64,000 nucleotides of DNA from an uncultured Planctomycetota bacterium. GTDB taxonomy: Bacteria; Planctomycetota; Planctomycetia; Gemmatales; Gemmataceae. A model generated the notes under the pieces. It was not told the origin of the DNA. It did no database searches and saw nothing but the letters and a program-made list of their open reading frames with translations. This document shows, piece after piece, positions 49,099-59,118 of this stretch. The stretch lies in the NCBI GenBank assembly GCA_963849325.1, contig CAWKHF010000005.1:832001-896000 (forward strand), read 5' to 3'. A program made the translations under genes and the position numbers. The first letter of the stretch is position 1. Each line of letters starts with the position of its first letter.

Positions 49099-50095
49099 TT
49101 ACGGGGTGCTGAACAGGTCGTCGTTGTAGGTAACCGGCGTCATCACCGACAACCAGATCGGATCGAAGCTCGGGTTCTTGCCCCTGTTGTCCCTGTCCGG
49201 CCCGGAGGAGGCGAGCATGGGCATGAGCTTGTACGAACAATTGCCTCCAGCCAGCGGTTGCAGGGTCAACTGCGTGAAGAGGGTCGTATTGCGCTGGACC
49301 AGGCCTGGCTGTTCAGTAAGCCCTGGGGATCGCCCGGATCGTTGATGCCTGGCTGCCCTCCGCTGGGAACCTGGGGATTGCTGTTGACCAACGGACAACC
49401 GGCCGGGACTGCGCGTGAAATACAACGGCTGTCCCCACGCATCCACATAAGCGCGGATGCTCTGGTTGCCTCCCAGGGGGATACTCTGCGTCGAGCCGCC
49501 GGTGCCAACGTCTCCACTTCCGCCGCCGCCGCTCTGCGTCCGTTGCATGGCCATCAGCAAGCACGCCGCGGATTCGTAAGGTTGAGGGCTGTAGGCCGCG
49601 CGACTCACATACGCTTGGGTGATCCCCAGGTTGTTCAGGTAGCTGACATAGGCCGGCAGCGGAGGCAGCGGCGAGGCCGGAACGATGGGAGATATTCCCA
49701 GTTGAGCCAGTTGCGGGTTGTTGTACTGAACGCCCAGTGCCTCGCCGAAGTTCATCGGGAACAGCTGGCGCATTCTCAGCTTCACATAGACCACGTGAAA
49801 CGCGCCGTGGCATTGGCGTCCGTCCCCGCTAGGTTGAGAGCTTGCACGCTGGGGGGGATCGTTTCTCTGAGAGCCTGGTCCTTGGCGGCGGACCATTGCT
49901 TGTTGAGGGCCGATTGGAGCTTGTTCAGCGTCGTTTGCGTATTGCCCACTTCCTGCACGGACAGATACTTCAACACGGCCGAGGCGCCATGCGCCAGCAG
50001 CGCGGCGATGATGACGGTGACCACCATCAACTCGATCAGCGTGAAACCGTCCGGCGCCTGGCGCCGGACGGAGTATGGACCTCGATTCGTGGCAT
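49099..50095 (-). CDS. Prepilin-type pseudopilin, frameshifted
   Basis: GFTLIELMVVTVII; VDAWGQPL.F; SSGPD. Confidence 0.78.
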
Positions 50096-50115
50096 GACCG
50101 ATCCTCCTCGATTCC

Positions 50116-51066
50116 TTATTGTCCGGCGCCCAGGGTGCCGCTGGCGAAGTTCGCCTGGTCATCGTAACCGGGAGTACCCCTGGTCACGCCGCCCGCGGGA
50201 TTCCACGGATAGAACCATTCGTCGCCGTACCGAACATGACATCCTTCCCCGCCGAAATGATCTGGTAGGTGTTGTTGTTCGTGAAGTTCGCTGTGCCGGC
50301 GGCTGTCATTTCAAAGTACGGCCAGGCGGCGATGGATGCGCAGTCTCCCCCGACTGCGGATGTCACGGGGTTGTAGCCGTTGATTTTTCCTGCGGAGCTG
50401 AAGAAGGCATACGGTTTCGGTGTTTTAATGCTCCAGTCATCTACATAGACGGGGAACGAGCCGACGGGACGGAGACGCGCCGGGTTGAAGTTGAAGTAAG
50501 GGCCTTTGCGCTGCGTACCTGCACTGGCAGGAGTCGCCGGCCCCATGGGGTTTGCCGGGCTGACCACCACATTCGGCGAAAACCCGGTCATACTGACGCC
50601 GCTGGCCGTGGAAATCGGAATGCCGCCCAGGTAAAAGACGAGACACTGTTCGCCTTCCAAGACATACATTTCGTTGGGGTTGCCATTACCGTTCCAATCG
50701 CAAATCGCCGAAGTCACGCTGAAGCTGCGCCCAAACCACTGCTGGAGGAAAGCGACCGTCTGGGCGGCCAAGGCGGCATTCACCGGGCCTTGAGCACCAC
50801 CGATCACCGCCGCATATTGACTGCCATTTTCGCACAGAAAAAGGCAGCTGGGCGGCGGCGTGCTGAGATTATAATCCGACATGAAGCCGCCAGGGCGACT
50901 TCCAACTGCCGATCTCCGTGCGCGTCTTCACCTCCGGGATCTTCTCCATCGCCTTCATCACCGCGGCGGCCGTCAGGCTCACCAGGACGGCGATGATGGT
51001 GATGACCACCATCAGCTCGATCATCGTGAAGGCCGACCGCGTCTTCCGCGAATGGATGCGTATCAT
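50116..51066 (-). CDS. Prepilin-type (GspG-like) pseudopilin, frameshifted
   Basis: AFTMIELMVVITIIAVL; LEGEQCLVFYLGG; YQIISAGKD..FG; the true end appears to be GYDDQANFASGTLGAGQ*. Confidence 0.8.
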
Positions 51067-51105
51067 GAGTGTCTCCTTGTGTCGCGCAAGCCGCAAGCGG
51101 CCTCT

Positions 51106-52349
51106 CTACTTGCTCAACCCTTCCAGCAGTTTGATCAGCGGCATGAACAACGCGATCACGATGGTGCCGATGATGAAGCCGAGCACCACGATCATGAGCG
51201 GCTCCAGCAGGCTGATGAGGCTCTCGACCATCACGTCCACTTCCTCATCGTAGACATCGGCGATCTTGTAAAGCATCGTATCCAGGTCGCCGGTCTCCTC
51301 GCCGACGTCGATCATGTTGACCACCATGTCATCGACCAGCCGGCTCTCCTTGAGCGGCTGCGCGATGGTGTCGCCCTCGCGGATCGACTCGTAGACGCGC
51401 TGGTACATGCGCTCGAAGACGGCGTTGGTGCAGGTCTCGCGGACGATGCTCAGCGCCTCCAGGATGGGCACGCCGGAGCTGACCAGCGTGCCCAGCGTCC
51501 GCGTCGTGCGGGCCACGATCGTCTTCTCGATCAGCGGGCCGACGATCGGTATCCACAGGTAGATGCGGTCCAGGGCGTACGAGCCGGTCTTGTTGAGGCG
51601 GATGAGCTTGATCATCAGCCACCAGCACAACGGGAACAGCGGCAGGACGTACCAGTAGTTGGCGAACCAGCGCGACGTGGCCATCAGCGCTTCGGTCAGG
51701 GCCGGCAGCTTCATGCCGAAGTCCTTGAAGATCTTCTCGAACTTCGGAATGATGTACAACATGATGAAGGTCAGGATGGCCACCGCCGTCAGGATGACCA
51801 CGACGGGATAGACCATGGCGCCGGTGATCTTGCGTTTGAGGCTCTGCGCCTTTTCCTTGAAGTCGGCGAGGCGTTTGAGAATGACTTCGAGGGCGCCGCC
51901 GGCCTCGCCGGCCTTGACCATGTTGACGTAGAGACGATCGAAGCATTTGGGGTGCTTGGCGAACGCCTCCGACAGCGTGCTGCCGGACTCGACGTCGTCC
52001 ACCACGTCGATCAGCGCGTTTTTGAGGACGCCGGGCTTCATCTGATGTTCGAGGATGCGCAGACTGCGCAGCACCGGCAGGCCGGCGTCTTGCAGGGTCG
52101 AGAACTGGCGCGTGAAGGTGCAGAGGATTCTTGCTGGAGACGCCGCCGATGGTGAAGGTTTGGCCCTTCTTTCTCTTGCGCGCCCTTCTTGCCCTTGGCC
52201 TTCTTGGCGCCGGCCATTTCCGTGATCTTGGTCACGAAATAGCCCATTTGGCGGATCTTTTGTTGCGCTTCTTCCTCGCTCATGGCCTCGACGGAGTCCT
52301 TGACCTCTCCGCCGCTGGTGTCCATCGCCTCGTACTTGTAGGTCGGCAT
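51106..52349 (-). CDS. pilC: Type II secretion system F family / type IV pilus platform protein (frameshift ~52130)
   Basis: MPTYKYEA, YVNMVKAGEAGGAL, AMVYP, VGEETGDLD, LLEP. Confidence 0.93.
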
Positions 52350-52358
52350 GACGCCCCC

Positions 52359-52391
52359 AAAGTTCTGAGTTCTGAGTTCTGAGTTCTGAGT
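52359..52391. repeat. Left arm of a 33-bp inverted repeat, (AGTTCTG)4
   Basis: Exact reverse complement of 52831-52863. Confidence 0.95.
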
Positions 52392-52409
52392 AAGAACAGC
52401 GAGCGTCAT

Positions 52410-52790
52410 CTAGCGATTGTCGCAGTACCGCTCGACGGACGCTCTCAGACCTCCAATAACCCGGCCCACTTCTTCCGCTTGTTGGAGAAATTGGGCAAAG
52501 ACTTCTTGATCCAAGTATTCCGCGTCGAACGCAACATACAACTGAGAACGAACTTCGGCACAGGATCCTTTCGCAATGCGAAGGAAGTTGTGAAACTCCG
52601 CCGACGTTCCTTTCTCGAACCCCTCCGCCACGTTCGACATGATCGATACCGCGGCCCTACGAATCTGCTCTCGAAGACCATAATCCCGAGCGAACAACCC
52701 TGTCCGCGTCACTCGGTAGATTGCTTTCGTTAGTAATCGCGCCTTCTGCCAGGCGATCAAGTCCTCGAATCGCTTGACCCCCGTACTCAC
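52410..52790 (-). CDS. Four helix bundle protein (23S rRNA IVS protein / bAvd-like family)
   Basis: [45 protein letters not shown] start with GGAGGG RBS. Confidence 0.93.
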   Translation of the reverse strand: MSTGVKRFEDLIAWQKARLLTKAIYRVTRTGLFARDYGLREQIRRAAVSIMSNVAEGFEKGTSAEFHNFLRIAKGSCAEVRSQLYVAFDAEYLDQEVFAQFLQQAEEVGRVIGGLRASVERYCDNR

Positions 52791-52830
52791 ATCTGGTCCC
52801 TCCGTCTGAGCCTCGACTGCTCCGTCTTGC

Positions 52831-52863
52831 ACTCAGAACTCAGAACTCAGAACTCAGAACTTT
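52831..52863. repeat. Right arm of the 33-bp inverted repeat, (ACTCAGA)4
   Basis: Exact reverse complement of 52359-52391. Confidence 0.95.
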
Positions 52864-52867
52864 TTTT

Positions 52868-54848
52868 CTAGCCCTCATCTTCCAGCACGGTTTCGCGGAC
52901 CACTTCCTCGATGGTGGTGACGCCATCGTAGATGGCGTGCAGGCCGGACTCGCGCAGACCGACCATGCCGTGGCGCAGGCAGGCCGCCCGCAGCTCGTCG
53001 GTCGAAGAGCCGGCGGAGATCATGTCGCGCAGGTCGTCGTTGATGATGACCAGCTCGTACAGGCCGGTGCGGCCGCGGTGGCCGGTGTTGTTGCAGCGAT
53101 CGCAGCCTCGACCGTAGTAGAACTTCTTGCCCTTGACCTCCTCCGGCCGCATGTTCAACTCCATGAGCATCTCGGCCGACGGCTCGAACTCGGTGCGGCA
53201 GTCCTCGCAGATCTTGCGCACCAGGCGCTGGGCCAGGATGGCCTCGACCGTGGCCGTGATCAGAAACGGCTCCAGACCCATGTCGCGCAGGCGCGTGATG
53301 GTGCTGGGCGCGTCGTTGGTGTGCAGGGTGCTGAAGACAATGTGGCCGGTCAGCGACGCCTGCACGGCGATCTGCGCCGTCTCCAGGTCGCGGATCTCGC
53401 CGACCAGGATCTTGTCGGGGTCCTGGCGCAGGATGGCCCGCAGCGCCGAGGCGAACGTCAGGCCGATCTCGTGGTTCATCTGGCACTGAATGATGCCGTC
53501 GATGTCGTACTCGACCGGGTCCTCGGTGGTGATGATCTTCTCGCTGATGACGTTCAGCTCGTTGAGGGCGGAGTACAGCGTGGTCGTCTTGCCGGCGCCG
53601 GTCGGGCCGGTGACGAGGATGATGCCGTTGGGCTTGCCGATGACCTGGCGGAACTCGGCCAACAGTCTGCGACGGCATGCCGATCTTGTTGAGGTCCAGC
53701 GACACGACGGTGCGGTCGAGCACGCGGATGACGACGCTCTCGCCGAACATGGTCGGCAGGATGCTGACGCGCATGTCCACCGGATTGCCGCCGACGTTCA
53801 GCTCGATGCGGCCGTCCTGCGGCATTCGGCGCTCGGCGATGTCGAGGTTGGACATGACCTTGATGCGGCTGGAGATGGCGTTGGCCAGGTGGCGCGGCGG
53901 CGGCACCATTTCGTAGAGCACGCCGTCGCAGCGGTAACGCATTTTGTACTCTTCCTCGAACGGCTCGAAATGGATGTCGCTGGCGTGGTCCTTGATGGCC
54001 AGCAGGAACACCATGTTGATGAGCTTGCGGACGGGGGCGGCCTCGGCCATCTCGAACATGTCTTCCAGGTCGATGCTGGTCTCGGCCCGGCGTTTGCCCA
54101 GCTCGGGGTTGTTCTCGATCTCCGTGATGATGTCGATGATGCTCTCTTCCTTGCCGGCGTAGGCCTTGGCGATGGCCTCGTCGATGGCCTGCGGCGTGGC
54201 CAGCTGCGCCTGCACTTCGTTGATGTTGAGCAGGTTGCGCAGGTCGTCCAGGGCGGCGAGGTTGTTGGGATCGCCGATGGCGATGGTCAATACCTTGTCC
54301 TTGAAGGACAGGGGAAGCACCTTGTAGACGCCGGCCATGGTCTCGGGGACGAGTTGGGTGGCCTCCGGCGTCGGCTTGGTCTCTTGCAGGTTGGCGACCT
54401 TCAGTCCGTGCTGTTCGCCGAGAGCTTGCAGCAGTTGGTCCTCGGTGATGAGGCCGCGTCCCATGGCGGCCTGGCCGATCGGCTGGGCGGTGTTCTTGGC
54501 CTCTTCGAGGACTTCCCACAGCTGGTCCTCGTCGAGGAAACCGAGATCGACGAGGACCTGGCCGAACTTGCGACGGCCGCCGGCCGAGGTGTTTTTGGCG
54601 GGGCTTTTCTTGGCGGGGGCCTTGGCGGCGGGTTTGCCGCTGCCGGCCTTGGAGACCGGCGCCGCCGGTTTGCCCGTCGGCACAGCCGGTTTACCGGCCG
54701 GCGCGGCCGGTTTGCCCGTCGGTGCGGCCGGCTTGATGGACCCGGAGACCGGCTTGCCCGCCGGCGGTTTGCCCGCGGGCGGCTTGCCGGACGCCGCGCC
54801 CGGTGGAGTGGGTTTCTTGGGAGGTATCGATTCGTTCGGCGCCGCCAT
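52868..54848 (-). CDS. pilB: GspE/PilB family assembly ATPase (frameshift ~53665)
   Basis: MshEN-like N-terminus, [43 protein letters not shown], tetracysteine motif. Confidence 0.92.
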
Positions 54849-54897
54849 ACCAGGTGCTCCTCAGCAAGATGCCGGACAGGATCACGTTCGCCGTTTC

Positions 54898-54950
54898 GCC
54901 GCGACGCGCAGCGGAGCGCGGGACTGACGCGCTCCGCTGCGCGTCGCGGC
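54898..54950. repeat. REP-like palindrome
   Basis: GCCGCGACGCGCAGCGGAGCGCG / CGCGCTCCGCTGCGCGTCGCGGC. Confidence 0.85.
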
Positions 54951-54973
54951 TAAACAAAAGACATTTCTGGCGA

Positions 54974-56147
54974 TTAGCGACGAATGCCCCGACGAGGGGG
55001 ACTTTCGTCCTCATCCTCGTCCTCGTCGTCCTCATCCTCGTCCTCGTCGTACTCTTCCTCCTCGAAGTCGCCGCGCTCGGCCAGGGCGAACTTGGCGGCC
55101 AACTCGGCGGGCTTGGCGGCGCGAAGGAGGGCCTCTTCCTTATCGACCAGCTGGTCTTTCCACAGCTTGAACAGGCTCTCGTCGAGCAGGAACATGCCGT
55201 GCTTGCGGCCAGTCTGGATGCTGGAGTCGATGCGATAGGTCTTGTTTTCGCGGATGAGGTTCTGGATGGCCGGCGTCACGACCATCATTTCGTAGGCGGC
55301 GATCACGCCCTCGGGCTTCTTCGGCAACAGCGCCTGCGACAGCACGCCGATGAGGGCCGTCGAGAGCTGCGTGCGGATCTGGTCCTGCTGCTCCTTGGGA
55401 AAAACGTCGATGATGCGGTTGATGGTGCTCGACGCCCCGCTGGTGTGCAGCGTGCCGAAGACGACGTGGCCGGTCTCGGCCGCCTCGATGGCCGCGTGGA
55501 TCGTCTCCAGGTCGCGCATTTCGCCGACGAGGATGATGTCGGGGTCCATACGCAAGGCCCGGCGAATGCCCTCCTTGAAATCCGGCACGTCCACGCCGAT
55601 CTCGCGCTGATTGACCGTGCATTTCTTGTGCTTGTGGAAATACTCGATCGGGTCTTCCAGCGTGATGATGTGGCGATCGTAATTGTCGTTGATGAAGTTG
55701 ATCATGCTGGACAGGCTGGTCGTCTTGCCCGAGCCGGTCGGTCCCGTCACCAGCAGCAGACCGCGCGGCCGAGTGATGAGGCGCTTGATGGCCTCCGGCA
55801 TGCGCAGGATTCTCGAAGGAGAGAAACTGGCTGGGGATGCGCCGCAAGACCAGGCCGATGCTGCCGCGCTGTTTGAAGACGGCGACGCGAAAACGATAGC
55901 CATCGGTGAACTCGATGGCGAAGTCCGAGCCGCCCTTCTGCTGCAACTCCTGCTGGCAGCGGTCGGGGGTAATGGACTTCATCAAGGAGGTCGTGTCGTC
56001 GCTATCCAGCGACTTGGTGTCCAGGCGGCGCATGCGGCCGCTATGGCGGATGACGGGCGGTTGTCCCACGGTGATGTGCAGATCGCTCGCCTTGAGCTGG
56101 ATGACCGTGGCCAGCAGTTTGTCAATCAGCGGCGTGGTGGCAGCCAC
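54974..56147 (-). CDS. pilT: Type IV pilus retraction ATPase (frameshift ~55815)
   Basis: ASDLHITVG.PP, GPTGSGKTT, TLEDPIE, QREIG, AAETGH, AIQNLIRE. Confidence 0.93.
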
Positions 56148-56471
56148 AAGAACTCCTCGCCAATCAAGAGGACCATCGGTTCAGCCGAGAGGGTTCCCCG
56201 GCCGGCCTTGCGAAGCGCAAAGCGGAAGGTTCCACCCGGCGCCGGGTGGGCCTTCACAACCTCAGGCGTTGGGCGCGTGAGCTGTGAGACACAGCCGCTC
56301 AGAAATCGAGCAGGACGGGTTCAATGTCCTCACCCGCATTATCCGTTGCCGGTTGTGAAGGATCAATTCATCGCAACAAAAAAACCAATACCGAACGCCG
56401 AAGGCGAAAATCCGAAATCCTCCCTCGGAACCGCAAAGGAGGCATTCCCTCGTCTCCCTACTCCTTCCCCT

Positions 56472-56593
56472 CTCGTTCCCAAGCTCTGCTTGGGAACGCC
56501 CGGGTGCGAAGCTCTGCTTTGCGTCTCGCCCCCCCATCGCAACGGGAAGCCGAGCTTCCCGACGTGCGTTCCCAAGCGGAGCTTGGGAGCGAG
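56472..56593. repeat. Composite palindromic repeat (GTTCCCAAGC..GCTTGGGAAC type)
   Basis: Two terminal hairpins in inverted orientation with inner GAAGC..GCTT hairpins. Confidence 0.8.
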
Positions 56594-56639
56594 GAGGGAA
56601 GCGCCACAACCTTCCGCCTTCGGTATCCCTCGCCGGGGG

Positions 56640-58346
56640 CTAGAGGGACGATTCGTGATGGCAGGTGGACAGCACTTCCTCCAGGGTGGTCATGCCCGTA
56701 AGTGCTTTGTAGAGTCCATCTTCCAGCAAGGTACGCATACCGAGGAGCCGAGACTGACGACGGATGGTTTGCGTCGGTTCGCGTTTGAAGGTCATCTCGC
56801 GGATGGCCGAGGTCATCTTCATCATTTCAAAGATGCCCTTGCGGCCGCGATAGCCGGTGTGGTTACAGTGACTACAGCCGCGCCCGCGCATGAAGGTGGC
56901 GGTCTTGAGTTGCTCCGACGTCAGGCCAGACGCCTTGATTTCGGCGTCCGAGGGTTGGTCGGGAGCCTTGCATTTTGGGCAGATCACACGCACCAAACGC
57001 TGGGCCATAATAGCGATAACAGAGGAGGCAACGAGGAACGGTTGCACACCAATATCGACCAAACGTGTAATGGCGCTGGGCGCATCGTTCGTATGCAATG
57101 TACTGAAAACCAAGTGTCCAGTTAAAGAAGCTTGCACCGCGATTTCAGCGGTCTCATGGTCGCGGATTTCACCGACGAGGATGATGTTGGGAGCCTGCCG
57201 CAACATGGCGCGAATGATGCGCGCGAAGTCCAGTCCGATCTGATGTTTCACCTCGACCTGATTGATGCCCGGCAGATAATACTCGACCGGATCCTCGGCC
57301 GTGATGATCTTGCGATCCGGTCGATTCAGTTCGTTAAGGGCGGCGTACAGCGTCGTGGTCTTGCCCGAGCCGGTCGGTCCCGTGACCAGGAAGATGCCGT
57401 TGGGCCGTTTGATGATCGACTGGAAGCGGCGATAATCGTCCTCCGCGAACCCCAGGTCTTTAATGCTCACCTGTATACTACTGCGGTCGAGGATGCGCAT
57501 GACGCAGGTCTGCCCCATGTTGGTCGGCAGGAGGCTGACGCGCAGGTCGAAATGCTTGCCGGCGATGCTCATCTTGATGCGGCCGTCCTGCGGTCGCCGC
57601 TTCTCGGCAATGTCGATCGATCCCATGATCTTGAGACGAGACAGCATGGGGGCGAGCAAGCGCCGCGGCGGACTGTCGCGCTCGACCAACATACCGTCAA
57701 TGCGATAGCGGATGCGCACGCGGTCGGCGAACGGCTCAATGTGGATGTCGCTGGCCCGCAGGCTAACCGCCTCTTGAATGATCAAGTTACATAACTTGAC
57801 GACCGGAGCATCGCTCTCCTCGAAGGAGGTGGACGAGGTCGCCTCGGTCTCGGTGAAGTCGATGGCCGTATCGGTGAACTCGGCGAGCATGGAGTCCACC
57901 GATTCGGTTTCGGACTGCCCGTAGTGGCGGTTGATGGCCTCGATGATCTGCTCGCGCGGGGCCAGGACCGGCTGAATGTCTTTGTTCAGGATGAACTGGA
58001 GCTTCTGAACGGTGTCGAAGTCGCTGGGGTCGCTCATGATGATCTTGAGCGCTCCGTTGTCCTGGGCCAGGGGCAGGACGACGTTCTCGCGGGCCACCGA
58101 TTCGGGCACCAGTTCGACGACGGCGGGAGGGATCGTCACCTCGGTGAGGTCGATGAACTGCAAGCCGTGGAACTCGGCGATGGCCGTCATGATCTGTTCC
58201 ATCGTGGCGTATTCCAGCTTCAGCAGGGCGTCCTGGATCTTGACGCCGGTCTGCTGCTGGAGTCCCTTCGCCTCCTCCAACTGATCGGAGCTGAGGACTT
58301 GACGGCGAACGAGGATGTCCGTGAAATCGCCACGCGACTTGGCCAT
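56640..58346 (-). CDS. Second GspE/PilB family ATPase
   Basis: ASDIHIEP, IDIAEKRRPQDGR, GPTGSGKTT, TAEDPVE, LRQAPN; likely start MAKSRGD. Confidence 0.92.
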   Translation of the reverse strand: MAKSRGDFTDILVRRQVLSSDQLEEAKGLQQQTGVKIQDALLKLEYATMEQIMTAIAEFHGLQFIDLTEVTIPPAVVELVPESVARENVVLPLAQDNGALKIIMSDPSDFDTVQKLQFILNKDIQPVLAPREQIIEAINRHYGQSETESVDSMLAEFTDTAIDFTETEATSSTSFEESDAPVVKLCNLIIQEAVSLRASDIHIEPFADRVRIRYRIDGMLVERDSPPRRLLAPMLSRLKIMGSIDIAEKRRPQDGRIKMSIAGKHFDLRVSLLPTNMGQTCVMRILDRSSIQVSIKDLGFAEDDYRRFQSIIKRPNGIFLVTGPTGSGKTTTLYAALNELNRPDRKIITAEDPVEYYLPGINQVEVKHQIGLDFARIIRAMLRQAPNIILVGEIRDHETAEIAVQASLTGHLVFSTLHTNDAPSAITRLVDIGVQPFLVASSVIAIMAQRLVRVICPKCKAPDQPSDAEIKASGLTSEQLKTATFMRGRGCSHCNHTGYRGRKGIFEMMKMTSAIREMTFKREPTQTIRRQSRLLGMRTLLEDGLYKALTGMTTLEEVLSTCHHESSL

Positions 58347-58662
58347 GTGTACAAACTCCAGGAAGTACGGACCCGGGGAGCGCGGAGGAAACCGTCTCGG
58401 TTCATTCGGAGACCCACACGACCGTGTGGGAGCTACACGTCCGCGATCGGCAAGACTTGTCCAGCCTTTCGCAAGGCAACGGAACAGGTTGTTGTTATTC
58501 AGAATACGCCTCCCGCGCCAGTCCTTCAAGAGAAAAGCACCTCGGCTGGCGCGGATTCGTGCCGCACAGATTGTCGCCGTGCGGGAATAAACGCTCGGCT
58601 CTCGGATCGAAGGAAATAGGTAGTGGCCGCTAACTTCTGCTGGCGTTCCGAGGAGAGCAGTC

Positions 58663-59064
58663 ATGGGATACGGCCTGCTCGCGGACGGGATCGTGGCGCT
58701 TCACGTCGCTTATGTGAGTTACGTCGTGCTGGGTCAGCTGGCGATCTGGCTGGGGCTGGCCTTGGGATGGCGCTGGGTCCGCAACAGGTGGTTCCGCTGG
58801 ACGCACTTGCTCATGATCGCGATCGTGGCCGGGGAGGCGATCCTGGGTATCGAGTGCCCCCTGACGCGCTGGGAGAGAAACCTGCGCGAGTTGGCTGGGC
58901 AGGCGACGAGCGGTGAATCGTTCGTCGGCCGGTTGCTCCACGAGCTGATCTTTGTGAGCTGGCCGCCGTGGGTCGTGAATGGCCTTCACGTCGTCTTCGC
59001 CCTGGTGGTGCTGGGCACTTTCGTTCTGGCCCCGCCGCGCGGGATGGGCGAACGGCCGGCGTAA
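58663..59064 (+). CDS. DUF2784 family membrane protein
   Basis: LADGIVALH..Y, WVRN.WFR..HL, CPLT.WE..LR..AG. Confidence 0.88.
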   Translation: MGYGLLADGIVALHVAYVSYVVLGQLAIWLGLALGWRWVRNRWFRWTHLLMIAIVAGEAILGIECPLTRWERNLRELAGQATSGESFVGRLLHELIFVSWPPWVVNGLHVVFALVVLGTFVLAPPRGMGERPA

Positions 59065-59110
59065 GCCGGCTGGTGCGGTCCAAACCAGCCGGCTTACGCC
59101 GGCCGTTCGC
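59048..59110. repeat. REP-like palindrome
   Basis: GCGAACGGCCGGCGTAAGCCGGCTGGT / ACCAGCCGGCTTACGCCGGCCGTTCGC. Confidence 0.85.
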
Positions 59111-59118
59111 CTCAACGA

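Noticed and set aside
52410-52790. Diversity-generating retroelement (Avd-like gene near pilins)
   Set aside because: No reverse transcriptase and no template/variable repeat pair found in the window.
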